Below the pieces are notes generated by a model, which saw nothing but the letters and a program-made list of their open reading frames with translations, had not been told where the DNA came from and made no database searches. The translations under genes and the position numbers were made by a program. This document shows positions 19,995 to 28,744 of a DNA stretch of 64,000 bases, piece by piece. Position 1 is the stretch's first letter, and every line of letters starts with the position of its first letter. Source of the stretch: Acidimicrobiia bacterium (GTDB lineage Bacteria > Actinomycetota > Acidimicrobiia > Spongiisociales > UBA11373); contig JBBDMM010000006.1 in NCBI GenBank assembly GCA_040878325.1, positions 128,418 through 192,417 of the forward strand, given 5' to 3'.

Positions 19995-20420
19995 ATGCTG
20001 ACAGTGGGATGGCGCGAGATCGTCGGTCTGCCGGGACTCGGCATCCAAGCGATCGCCGCCAAGATCGATACGGGGGCGAGCTCGTCATCGATCGACGTCA
20101 CCCGGATCGAGGAGTTCCTCACACCCGACGGGGAACGAATGGTCCGGTTTCGGGTGCACCTGTCGCGGAAACAGACGGTCGAGGCCGAGGCTCCGATCGT
20201 CGACGAACGCCGCATCCGCAACCCCGGTCGCGGCGGCAGGGAAGAGGAGCGCTATGTGATCCGCACCGATCTGGCGATCGGCGACGACCAGTGGTCGATC
20301 GACGTGACTCTCGCCCGGCGCACCCGCATGCAATATCGGATGCTCCTCGGCCGCGAGGCGATGAGCAACCGGGTGGTGGTCGATCCGGGCGCTTCCTATC
20401 TCCTCGGGGGCCCGCGATGA
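19995..20420 (+). CDS. RimK-associated retropepsin-like protease (RimB/ATP-dependent zinc protease family)
   Basis: [23 protein letters not shown]; 4-bp overlap with rimK. Confidence 0.88.
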   Translation: MLTVGWREIVGLPGLGIQAIAAKIDTGASSSSIDVTRIEEFLTPDGERMVRFRVHLSRKQTVEAEAPIVDERRIRNPGRGGREEERYVIRTDLAIGDDQWSIDVTLARRTRMQYRMLLGREAMSNRVVVDPGASYLLGGPR

Positions 20421-21307
20421 GGATCGGAGTTCTCAGCCGGCGACCCGGGCTCTACTCGACGAGGCGCCTGGTCGAAGCAGCCGAGACCCGGGGTCACGAC
20501 GTGGCGGTGGTCGACTACCTCCGCTGCTACATGGACATCACATCGCGCCGGCCCCGGGTGCTCTTCGCCGGGCGGGAGCTCGAGTTCGACGCGGTGATTC
20601 CCCGGGTGGGTGCCAGCTATACGTTCTACGGCACCGCGGTCGTCCGCCAGTTCGAGATGATGCATGTGCTCACCGCCAACGAGTCGCAGGCGATATCCCG
20701 GGCGCGCGACAAGCTCCGCTCACTGCAATTGCTCTCCCGCGCTGGCATCGGGCTCCCGGTGACCTCATTCGCCCATTCGATCAAGGACATCTCCGGCCTC
20801 CTCGACGTGGTGGGCAAGCCCCCCTACGTGATCAAGTTGCTCGAAGGCACCCAGGGGGTGGGCGTCGTGCTCGCCCCCACTCTCAAGGCGGCCGAATCCG
20901 TGATCGCCGCCTTCCGGCAGTTGGACGCCAACATCCTCGTGCAGCGCTTCGTGTCGGAAGCCAAGAACACCGATCTGCGCGCCTTCGTGGTCGGCGGCAA
21001 GGTGGTGGCGGCCATGGAGCGCGTCGCCGCCGAAGGAGAGTTTCGCGCCAACCTCCACCGCGGAGGAACCGCCCGGGCGGTAGAACTCACCGAAGAAGAG
21101 GAAGAGACCGCCCTCACCGCCGCCGCCACCCTCGGCCTCGACCTCTCCGGCGTCGACATGCTCCGCAGCGACGAGGGCCCGCTGGTGATCGAGGTGAACT
21201 CGTCGCCGGGCCTCGAAGGCATCGAAGCCGCCAGCGGAGTAGACGTAGCCGCCGCAGTCATCGAGTACCTGGAGAAGCGTTTTCATCCGCCCCCGGAGGA
21301 GGATTAG
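20417..21307 (+). CDS. rimK: Ribosomal protein S6 glutamate ligase (ATP-grasp)
   Basis: [63 protein letters not shown]. Confidence 0.95.
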   Translation: MRIGVLSRRPGLYSTRRLVEAAETRGHDVAVVDYLRCYMDITSRRPRVLFAGRELEFDAVIPRVGASYTFYGTAVVRQFEMMHVLTANESQAISRARDKLRSLQLLSRAGIGLPVTSFAHSIKDISGLLDVVGKPPYVIKLLEGTQGVGVVLAPTLKAAESVIAAFRQLDANILVQRFVSEAKNTDLRAFVVGGKVVAAMERVAAEGEFRANLHRGGTARAVELTEEEEETALTAAATLGLDLSGVDMLRSDEGPLVIEVNSSPGLEGIEAASGVDVAAAVIEYLEKRFHPPPEED

Positions 21308-21312
21308 CCCGG

Positions 21313-21466
21313 CCTCCAGCCTCCAGCAAGAAGGCCTTCCGCCTTCCGCAAGACTCCGGTCCAACCCTGCAAACGCGCTCGACCGGCCGCGCATCGCGCA
21401 TCGCGCATCGCGTTCCTCCGTGTCGCGTATTGCGAATCGCGAATCGCGTGCCGAGCGAAGCGAGGC
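21313..21466. repeat. Modular heptamer element R6 (inverted relative to R5)
   Basis: (CCTCCAG)x2, AAGAAGG, (CCTTCCG)x2 CAAG 21335-21352, AACGCGCTCGACCGG, (GCGCATC)x3, GCGAATC units, CGCGTGCCGAGCGAAGCGAGGC. Confidence 0.92.
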
Positions 21467-21468
21467 AC

Positions 21469-21477
21469 TTATCCACA
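21469..21477 (+). promoter_or_regulatory. Isolated consensus DnaA box
   Basis: TTATCCACA exact match in the intergenic region. Confidence 0.45.
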
Positions 21478-21563
21478 GATTCGAAACCGGGCGTAACGCC
21501 GTCACCATGCGCGCGCGCCTCGGGTCTAAGTGTCGTAAGGGAAAGCCACGTATAGGAGGAACT

Positions 21564-22070
21564 GTGGACGTAGTACTCATTGCCTTAGGTGCGATCTTGT
21601 TCATGTACGGCTGGTTCTGGGGTGGGGTCACGGAAGCCCGCACCACGGCGTATGCCATCGGAGCCACCGCATTCATGCTCGGCCTCTGGTTCGCCTTTAG
21701 CGGCGGTGCCGGCGGCGACGCGGTCGGTGGGGCGTTCCTGGGATTCGGAGCGATCTTCGGGTTCATGGCCGCCGCCAACGCGTGGAACGAGTCGAGCCAG
21801 GACCGCACCTATGGCATGTTCGCTCTGTTGTTCGGGATCGTGGCCCTCTTCGGGTTCATGTACTTCTCGGACAACGACGCGCCCGGCCAGTACACGTGGG
21901 CCTCGCTCGTGCTTGGCATCGTGCTGTTGCTCCACTTCGTCTCGGCCGGCCTGGTGGCGTCGAACCGCGGCTTCAAGTCGCTGGTCGGATGGGTGACGCT
22001 GTTCGCGGGCGTGGCGCTCGTGTACTTCGGCTTCGCTGAGGCGCTCGGCAACGGGTTGGAGCCCTTCTAA
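21564..22070 (+). CDS. Six-TM channel, divergent AmiS/UreI-like
   Basis: AGGAGG RBS; six hydrophobic segments; EARTTA, FMAAAN and DRTYGMFALL resemble UreI DPKSTA, LYAAIN and DWRPYSWYSL (from recall). Confidence 0.6.
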   Translation: MDVVLIALGAILFMYGWFWGGVTEARTTAYAIGATAFMLGLWFAFSGGAGGDAVGGAFLGFGAIFGFMAAANAWNESSQDRTYGMFALLFGIVALFGFMYFSDNDAPGQYTWASLVLGIVLLLHFVSAGLVASNRGFKSLVGWVTLFAGVALVYFGFAEALGNGLEPF

Positions 22071-22110
22071 GGCGCCCAACCAAAAACATGGTCCCCGGGG
22101 GGACGGATCG

Positions 22111-22144
22111 AGAGAGCGGGAGACCTTCGGGTCTCCCGCTCTCT
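22111..22144 (+). terminator. 15-bp stem with UUCG tetraloop
   Basis: AGAGAGCGGGAGACC-TTCG-GGTCTCCCGCTCTCT. Confidence 0.82.
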
Positions 22145-22176
22145 ACTCTTGGCGGCGAGTCGCAGGCAGGAGTCAA

Positions 22177-24039
22177 ATGGAACCCAAAGAACTCCTCGGC
22201 AGGATCAAGGCCGAGGTTGCCGCACCAGCAGAAGAGGTGACGTTCGCCCGGTACCTCGAGATGGTGCGCGACGATCCCCGACTCGCCCGACTGTCGCACG
22301 CACTGATCGCCGACATGCTCGAGGCTTCCGGCGTATCCACCGGGCCCGACGGCGAGGAGCGCTTCGACCTCTTCGAGGGCGGGCTGTTCGGTCAGCAGTG
22401 GGTCATCCAGCAGGTGGTCGACTACTTCCGGGCGGCCGGACGCCGCCTCGATGTCCGCAAGCGGATCCTGCTCCTCGTCGGTCCTCCTGGCTCGGGCAAG
22501 TCGACCCTCATCAACACCATCAAGGAGGGTCTTGAGGAGTACACCAAGACGGACGACGGCCGGGTGTACGCCGTCAAGGGCTCCCAGATGCACGAGGACC
22601 CGCTGCGGCTGATCCCCAAAGGCCTCCGCGACGAGACCGGCGTCTACATCGAAGGGGACCTCAACCCCGAGGTGCGCTGGCTGGTGGAGTACGTCTATCA
22701 GGGCGACATCACCAAGGTGCCGATCCAACGAATCCACTACAGCATCGCCCGCGGCACCGGCTTCGGCACCTTTGTCGCCACCGACCCCCGCTCGGAGAAT
22801 CTCGCCCGCCTCGTCGGAGAGGTGGAGCAGAACCTCCTCGACCCCACCGACCCGGGATCGGTGCGGCGCGCTTACCGCTTCGACGGCGAGTTGAACGCAG
22901 CCCACCGGGGGATGGCCGACCTGCTCGAAGTCTTCAAGATGGACGAACGCTTCCTGGCAGTGCTGCTGAGCCTCAGCCAGGAACAGATCATCAAGACGAG
23001 CGGTCCCGGCACCATGTATGCCGACGAGGCATTGATCGCCCAGAGCAACCTCGCCGAATATCAGGAGCTCGTCGACAACCCGCGGGCGGCGGCGATGCTC
23101 GACCGCCTCGTGGTGGTGAAGGTTCCGTTCGTACTGTCGGTGCGCGACGAGATACGCATCTACGAGAAGATGCTCTCCGGCGCCGACCTCGGCCGGCGCG
23201 ACGTCTCGCCGCTCGCCCTCCACACCGCCGCCACTTTCGCGGTGCTGACCAGGCTCGAACACCCGGGCGGAGGCATGCAAGGCCTGATCCGCAAGCTCCG
23301 GCTCTACGACGGCCGCTACGGGCCTCACGGCGGCTCGGAAGACGCCCGCAAGCTGCGGGACAAGGCTCCCAACGAGGGCATGACCGGACTGAGCCCCCGC
23401 TACGTGATCAATCGCCTGTCGCAAGTGGCCGGCAACACCAAGGGCTGCCTCGATGGCATCGCGGTGCTCGAAGCACTCTGGGAGGGTCTGCCCCAGCGGG
23501 CCGGGTTCACCGAAGACGAGCGCGAGCGTTGGAGCTCGCTGCTCTCCGCCACCCAGGCCGAGTACGACGAGATGGTGCAGTTGGAGATTCGCAAGGGGTC
23601 GGTGCTCGGGTACCGGGATTCGGCCGAGAAGATGGCAAAGACGGTTCGTGAGGAAGTGGCCACCTGGAAGTCCCAGGGCGACGCGGCCAACACCCCCACC
23701 CTGCGGCGCCTGGAGCGGCTCATCGACGTTCCCCAGTACGGACGAGATCGATTCCGCAACGCGCTCTCGGCGGCGCTCGAGTTGAAGGGGCAGCGGGGTC
23801 GCCCGCTCCACACTCGCCATCCCTTGTTGGAGGATGCGATCCAGCGGGCGCTGCTGCCGTCGTGGAGCGACGTCGCCAGGAAGCTCGACGACCAGGGCGA
23901 CGGCATCGTCCAGGGCATCCAGGCTTCCGGCTGGCGCAAGGCCTGCGCGGTGCAACTGGTCGAGTACGCCCACAAGTTCACCGGATCGAAACGCGACCGG
24001 CACGAAGACGGGGATAAGAGGCCAACCTGGTACTCGTGA
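22177..24039 (+). CDS. prkA: PrkA/YeaG-family AAA+ protein (annotated serine kinase)
   Basis: TFARYLEMV, GLFG..., RKRILLLVGPPGSGKST, FDGELNAAHRG, EKML, GMTGLSPRYV. Confidence 0.85.
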   Translation: MEPKELLGRIKAEVAAPAEEVTFARYLEMVRDDPRLARLSHALIADMLEASGVSTGPDGEERFDLFEGGLFGQQWVIQQVVDYFRAAGRRLDVRKRILLLVGPPGSGKSTLINTIKEGLEEYTKTDDGRVYAVKGSQMHEDPLRLIPKGLRDETGVYIEGDLNPEVRWLVEYVYQGDITKVPIQRIHYSIARGTGFGTFVATDPRSENLARLVGEVEQNLLDPTDPGSVRRAYRFDGELNAAHRGMADLLEVFKMDERFLAVLLSLSQEQIIKTSGPGTMYADEALIAQSNLAEYQELVDNPRAAAMLDRLVVVKVPFVLSVRDEIRIYEKMLSGADLGRRDVSPLALHTAATFAVLTRLEHPGGGMQGLIRKLRLYDGRYGPHGGSEDARKLRDKAPNEGMTGLSPRYVINRLSQVAGNTKGCLDGIAVLEALWEGLPQRAGFTEDERERWSSLLSATQAEYDEMVQLEIRKGSVLGYRDSAEKMAKTVREEVATWKSQGDAANTPTLRRLERLIDVPQYGRDRFRNALSAALELKGQRGRPLHTRHPLLEDAIQRALLPSWSDVARKLDDQGDGIVQGIQASGWRKACAVQLVEYAHKFTGSKRDRHEDGDKRPTWYS

Positions 24040-24042
24040 GCC

Positions 24043-24146
24043 CGCTCCGGCTACGGCTCCAGCCCCAGCCAGAGAAGAGCCAAGAGTCAAGAATCAAGAA
24101 TCAAGAATTGGGATTGGTGTTGTCTTGATTCTTGGCTCTTGATTCT
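24043..24146. repeat. Hexamer array plus inverted ATCAAGA/TCTTGAT arrays R7, overlapping the cca stop
   Basis: CGGCTACGGCTCCAGCCCCAGCC, GCCAAGAGTCAAGAATCAAGAATCAAGA, then TCTTGATTCTTGGCTCTTGATTCT. Confidence 0.88.
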
Positions 24147-25528
24147 CTCTCCCGCATCCAATCATCGAGCAATCGCAAGGCCTCTTCTTCGTCATAGGGG
24201 CCTTCGTCGAGGCGGTGTTCCAGGAGCATGTCCATCGCTTCGCCGACGAGGGGGCCGGGCTTCAGGCCTAGGTGCTGCATCACCCGGTTGCCGTCGATCG
24301 GGGGGCGGATGCGGTCGATCTCTTCACGACTGCGCAATTCGGCGATGCGGTCCTCCAACTCGGAGATGGCGCGCTGGATCTGCCGCTCACGCTTCTCGTT
24401 GCGGGTGGTGACATCGCACCGGACCAGCGTGTTGAGCTGGTCGAGTTGATCCCCGGCATCACGGACGTACCGGCGAACGGCTCGATCGCTCCACCCCAAC
24501 TTGAAGGTGTGAGGGCGCATGTGGAGGTAGACCAGACGGGACACGGCGTCGATGTCGTCCTTGGGATAGCGCAGTTCGCGCATGCGGGCCTTGGTGATTC
24601 GGGCACCGACGACCTCGTGGTGGTGGAAGCTGACGCCGCCCTCGCCCACCTCGCGGGTTTCGGGCTTTCCGATGTCGTGGAACAGCGCCGCCAGGCGGAC
24701 GATCCTGTCGTCGGCGGGGCACTTCTCGACCACCGCGATCGTGTGGGCGAGCACATCCTTGTGTTGATGGAAGGGATCCTGCTCGACGGCCAGGGCGGGG
24801 ATCTCAGGGATGAAATGCTCGGCGAGCCCGGAGTCCACCACCCCCCAGAGCCCGGCGGCCACAAAGTCTCCCGTGATCAGCCGATCGAACTCGCCGTGGA
24901 CTCGCTCGGCGCTCACGATCTCGATCCGCCCCGCCATCGCCCCGGCCGCTGCCAGCGTGGCGTCCTCAACCGTGAACCCCAGGGTCGCGACAAAGCGAAA
25001 GAGGCGGAGCATTCGCAGCGGATCGTCGGCGAACGAGATCTCGGGGTCGATCGGAGTGCGGAGCACCCCGGCACCGAGGTCGGTCAGACCACCGTGCGGA
25101 TCGATCATCTCCGGCTCTGGCACCAGCCGTAGAGCGATCGCGTTGATGGAGAAGTCCCGGCGGGACAGGTCGGTGGCCAGGTCGTTGGAGAACTCCACCA
25201 CCGGCTTACGGCTCTCCTCGCGATACACCTCACTGCGGAAGGTGGTGATCTCCACGCTGATGCCATCGAGGTGTGCCCCGACCGTGCCGAACTCCTTCCC
25301 GACGACCACCACCGCCTTCGCCCAGCCCCGAAGGAGCCCCTCGATCTCGTCGGGGGAGGCATCGGTGGTGAAGTCGTACTCCTCGACGGCCGCCACTCGA
25401 TCGAGCAAGGCGTCGCGGACGCTTCCCCCCACCAGGTAGAGCTCGTGCCCCGCCGCCCGGAACCGCTCGGCGACCCGAACAGGAACGCCCTCGGCGCGCA
25501 ACAGCGGTTGAAGACGAGCGGGGATCAT
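24101..25528 (-). CDS. cca: CCA tRNA nucleotidyltransferase with HD domain
   Basis: LYLVGGSVRDALL, DFTTDA, EITTFR, DLSRRDFSINA, SFADDPLRMLR, HKDV..HT, LAALFHDIGKP. Confidence 0.93.
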   Translation of the reverse strand: MIPARLQPLLRAEGVPVRVAERFRAAGHELYLVGGSVRDALLDRVAAVEEYDFTTDASPDEIEGLLRGWAKAVVVVGKEFGTVGAHLDGISVEITTFRSEVYREESRKPVVEFSNDLATDLSRRDFSINAIALRLVPEPEMIDPHGGLTDLGAGVLRTPIDPEISFADDPLRMLRLFRFVATLGFTVEDATLAAAGAMAGRIEIVSAERVHGEFDRLITGDFVAAGLWGVVDSGLAEHFIPEIPALAVEQDPFHQHKDVLAHTIAVVEKCPADDRIVRLAALFHDIGKPETREVGEGGVSFHHHEVVGARITKARMRELRYPKDDIDAVSRLVYLHMRPHTFKLGWSDRAVRRYVRDAGDQLDQLNTLVRCDVTTRNEKRERQIQRAISELEDRIAELRSREEIDRIRPPIDGNRVMQHLGLKPGPLVGEAMDMLLEHRLDEGPYDEEEALRLLDDWMRERESRAKNQDNTNPNS

Positions 25529-25551
25529 GGGGCAACTTTACGACACCCGCT

Positions 25552-25659
25552 TCCAGTCTCCAGTCGCCAATCCCCAGTCTCCAGCGAGAACAGATCAAGA
25601 ATTCTTGCGGGAGGCGGGAGGCTTCTCCTACTGGAGACTGGCGACTGGAGACTGGAGAC
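25552..25659. repeat. Modular element R8 bracketed by inverted CCAGTCT/CTGGAGA arrays
   Basis: CCAGTCTCCAGTCGCCAATCCCCAGTCTCCAG ... TTCTTGCGGGAGGCGGGAGGC ... CTGGAGACTGGCGACTGGAGACTGGAGACT. Confidence 0.92.
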
Positions 25660-26753
25660 TCATTTCGTCCCGACCAGGCCCAGTTGCTGTGCTCGCAGCT
25701 TGAGGTCCGCCGGGTTGGTGGCGTTGCGCATTGCTTCGTCGAAGGCGATCTTGCCGCTGCCTGCCAGGCGCAGGATGGCCTGATCGAAGGTCTCCATGCC
25801 GTAGTACGACCCCTCGGCGATGACGTCGGGGATCTCATGGGTCAGCGTCTCATCGGCGATCCGTTCGGCGACCCGGTCGGTGTTGACGAGCACCTCGACC
25901 GCCGGCACCCGACCCTTGCCGCTCACCGCGGGGATGAGCCGCTGGCTGAGGATCGCCTTCAGCGTGCCGGAGAGCAGCACTCGGATCTGACGCTGATGCT
26001 CGGTGGGGAAGAAGTCGATGATGCGGTTGATGGTCTCAGTCGCATCGAGGGTGTGGAGCGAGGACAACACCAGGTGGCCGGTCTCGGACGCCTTGAGGGC
26101 GGCATCGACGGTCTCCACGTCGCGCATCTCGCCGATGAGGATGACGTCGGGGTCCTGGCGGAGCATCCGGCGCATCGCTTCGCCGAAACTGCCGGTGTCC
26201 ACGCCCACCTCGCGCTGGCTCACCATGGCCACCTTGTCGCGGTGGATGAATTCCACCGGGTCCTCCACCGTGATGATGTTGACCCGGCGGTTCGAGTTGA
26301 TCCAATCGACCAGCGCCGCCAGGGTCGTCGACTTCCCCGAGCCGGTGGGCCCGGTCACGAGGATCAGTCCCCGGCGCTCGGCAGCGAGCCGGGAGAGCAC
26401 CGGAGGAAGCCCCAGCGAGGCGAAGTCGCCAGTGGGTGGAAGCAGAGCGCGCAGGGCGATGGTGTTGTGGCCCCGCTGCTGAAAGGCGTTCACCCGGAAT
26501 CGGGAGCCGTCGCGGAGGCCATACGCGAAGTCGGCCTCCCGATGCTCCTTGAACTCGACCCGCAGGCGGTCCGGGATCAGGGCTTCGAGGTAGGCGTCGA
26601 CATCGGCCACCGTGAGGTTCGGCTGCGGAAGGGGGCGCAGGTCGCCGTCCACCCGGATCGTCGGGGGGATCCCCGGCTTCAGGTGGAGGTCAGATGCTCC
26701 GGCCGTGCGCGTGTCGGCGAGTAGTTCATCGATCGAGGGCAGGTTCGAGGTCA
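25660..26753 (-). CDS. pilT: Type IV pilus retraction ATPase PilT/PilU family
   Basis: ASDLHLK upstream of the ORF-track start, GPTGSGKSTT, TVEDPVE, LRQDPDVILIGEMRD, GHLVLSSLH; start codon uncertain. Confidence 0.88.
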
Positions 26754-26795
26754 GCTCCGGCTCTTCCTATCGGTCAGGTCGTATCGGCACTGCCG

Positions 26796-27809
26796 TCAGC
26801 CGCCTTGAACACCCTTCCAATGTGGCGCCATCGCCTCGGCAACCATCTGCACCGACTGCCGGGCTCGCCGGGGCGAGGCGGCCGACGGCGGCGACGCAGG
26901 CTCGCCGGCCGCGCCCCGCAGGGTGGCGGCGACCGAGGCTTCGATCGCCGCCAGGTCGTAGCCCCCTTCGAGGAAGTAGACGGTCGGGATCCCCAGGGAC
27001 GCCAGGTCCGCCGCCATCCGCTGGTAGTCGGCGGCCTCGAGCATCAACCCGGCGAGCGGATCGGCGCGATGGGCGTCGTATCCGGCGCTCACCAGAACGC
27101 GAGCAGGGGCAAACTCGGCGAGCACCGGGACCACCACCCGATCGAACGCCTCCGCATACGCGTCGCCCGCGGTCCCGGGAGGAAACGGGAAGTTGATCGT
27201 CCGCCCCTCCCCGGGGCCGCTGCCCGTCTCCTCGAGCCATCCGGTACCCGGGTAGAAGGGAAACTCGTGAAGCGACAGGTAGAGCACTTCACCGTCGGTG
27301 TAGAACATGTCCTGGGTGCCGTTACCGTGGTGAACATCCCAGTCGATGATCGCCACCCGATCGCCGCGGCCCCGGATGCGATCGGCCGCAACCGCCACGT
27401 TGTTGAACAGACAAAAGCCCATCGCCCGTGCCCCCAGGGCGTGATGACCGGGCGGGCGCACCACGTTGAAGGCCACCGTGGCATCGCCGTCGTCGATCGC
27501 CTGCAGGGAGGCGAGGCCCGCACCCACAGCCCGCAGCGCCGCGGTCCACGAGGCGGGCACGGCGGAGGTGTCCGGATCGAGCGCCCCACCGCCGGCTGCA
27601 CAGAAGTCGCGGATCGCCTCGACATACGCCGGGTCGTGCACCCCGAACAAGTCGGTGATCTCGGCTTCGGGGGCGAGTCGCTCATCCACCTCACCTCCCC
27701 ACGATCGGGCACCCCGGAGGGCGGCGGTCACCCTTTCGGGACGCTCGGGATGGCCGGCACCCGTGTCGTGGTCGAGGAACGCCTGGTGGTGAAAGAGCAG
27801 CGGTCGCAT
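26796..27809 (-). CDS. Zn-dependent histone-deacetylase-family protein (AcuC/AphA-like)
   Basis: HPERPERV, RPPGHHA, GFCLFNN, DWDVHHGNGTQ, SAGYDAH..DPL, EGGY. Confidence 0.95.
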   Translation of the reverse strand: MRPLLFHHQAFLDHDTGAGHPERPERVTAALRGARSWGGEVDERLAPEAEITDLFGVHDPAYVEAIRDFCAAGGGALDPDTSAVPASWTAALRAVGAGLASLQAIDDGDATVAFNVVRPPGHHALGARAMGFCLFNNVAVAADRIRGRGDRVAIIDWDVHHGNGTQDMFYTDGEVLYLSLHEFPFYPGTGWLEETGSGPGEGRTINFPFPPGTAGDAYAEAFDRVVVPVLAEFAPARVLVSAGYDAHRADPLAGLMLEAADYQRMAADLASLGIPTVYFLEGGYDLAAIEASVAATLRGAAGEPASPPSAASPRRARQSVQMVAEAMAPHWKGVQGG

Positions 27810-27876
27810 CGCCACCACTCTGCCACGAGCCGCCGCGGGGATTCGGCGCGACCGGCCCGCACCTACCATCGCCACC

Positions 27877-28599
27877 GTGACAACACGAGTACGGGTCGAG
27901 GGCAGTTGGCCCGAGCCGATCACACTGAGGAGGGGTTGGGCCCGGGCCGAGTCGCGACCGTGGAACGATGTCGTCCCGATGGCTCACCTCCGTTTGATGC
28001 GCGGCGGAGGAACCCAATTCCTCAGTGACTGCGTCGAGGCCCTCCGCGAGGTCGGAGCATCCGCGGTGCTGTCACCCCCACTCCCCCGGTCTGCGCAGCA
28101 GACATGGTGTGACGCCGAGTTCGTGCATCACGCCGACCTGGCGCTGCTCCGTACCACCCTCGATCGAATCCCTCCGCCGGCACATCTCGTTCTCGTCGGA
28201 GGAGAGGCCGACGTCGAGGAGGCGCTGCGCATCGACGCCGCCGCCTTCGACGACTTCTGGCGGTTCGACCGGCGAGCAATGTGTGAGGCGATGGCCTCCA
28301 CCCCTCGCGCCGTCCTTCATGTGGTCCGCAACGCCGGCGGCGGACTCGCCGGCTTCGCCGTCAGCGGGGCCGGCACATCGATCGCCTACCTGCAACGCCT
28401 GGCGGTCGATCCGGGGAGCCAGGGCCGCGGGATCGGTCGGTCCCTGGTCCGGTCATCGGCGCGATGGGCCAAGCGGATGGGGTCGCGGGTGCTCATGCTC
28501 AACACCCAGATCGACAACGACGGAGCCATCGCCCTCTACGAGTCGGAGGGCTTCGTCGCGCTCATGGAGCCCCTGGCGGTACTGAAGAACGCGGGGTGA
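27877..28599 (+). CDS. GNAT acetyltransferase
   Basis: YLQRLAVDPGSQGRGIGRSL, LNTQIDNDGAIALYESEGF. Confidence 0.88.
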   Translation: MTTRVRVEGSWPEPITLRRGWARAESRPWNDVVPMAHLRLMRGGGTQFLSDCVEALREVGASAVLSPPLPRSAQQTWCDAEFVHHADLALLRTTLDRIPPPAHLVLVGGEADVEEALRIDAAAFDDFWRFDRRAMCEAMASTPRAVLHVVRNAGGGLAGFAVSGAGTSIAYLQRLAVDPGSQGRGIGRSLVRSSARWAKRMGSRVLMLNTQIDNDGAIALYESEGFVALMEPLAVLKNAG

Positions 28600-28606
28600 A
28601 CAGAGA

Positions 28607-28708
28607 GGCAAGAATCAAGAATCAAGAATCAAGAATCAAGAATCAAGAGTCAAGAGTCAAGAGTCAAGACCGTGGCAGGTTCGAGTCTTGAATCTTGGCT
28701 CTTGATTC
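28607..28708. repeat. RTCAAGA array with inverted partner R9
   Basis: (ATCAAGA)x5 28614-28648, (GTCAAGA)x3 28649-28669, then TCTTGAATCTTGGCTCTTGAT. Confidence 0.95.
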
Positions 28709-28744
28709 CCTCCCACAAGACAGGACCCTGCATCCGCCCCTGGG

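Noticed and set aside
19995-21307. Protease-rimK pair as a novel system
   Set aside because: This is a well-known gene pair (RimB-like protease with RimK).
21973-24090. Long antisense or alternate-frame ORFs (also 36231..38135, 45955..47565, 17537..18937, 50712..52220)
   Set aside because: Shadow ORFs of well-supported genes; stop codons are scarce in GC-rich DNA.
28670-28700. GGTTCGAGTC as a tRNA T-loop
   Set aside because: No acceptor, D or anticodon arms; it sits in the loop of the R9 inverted repeat.
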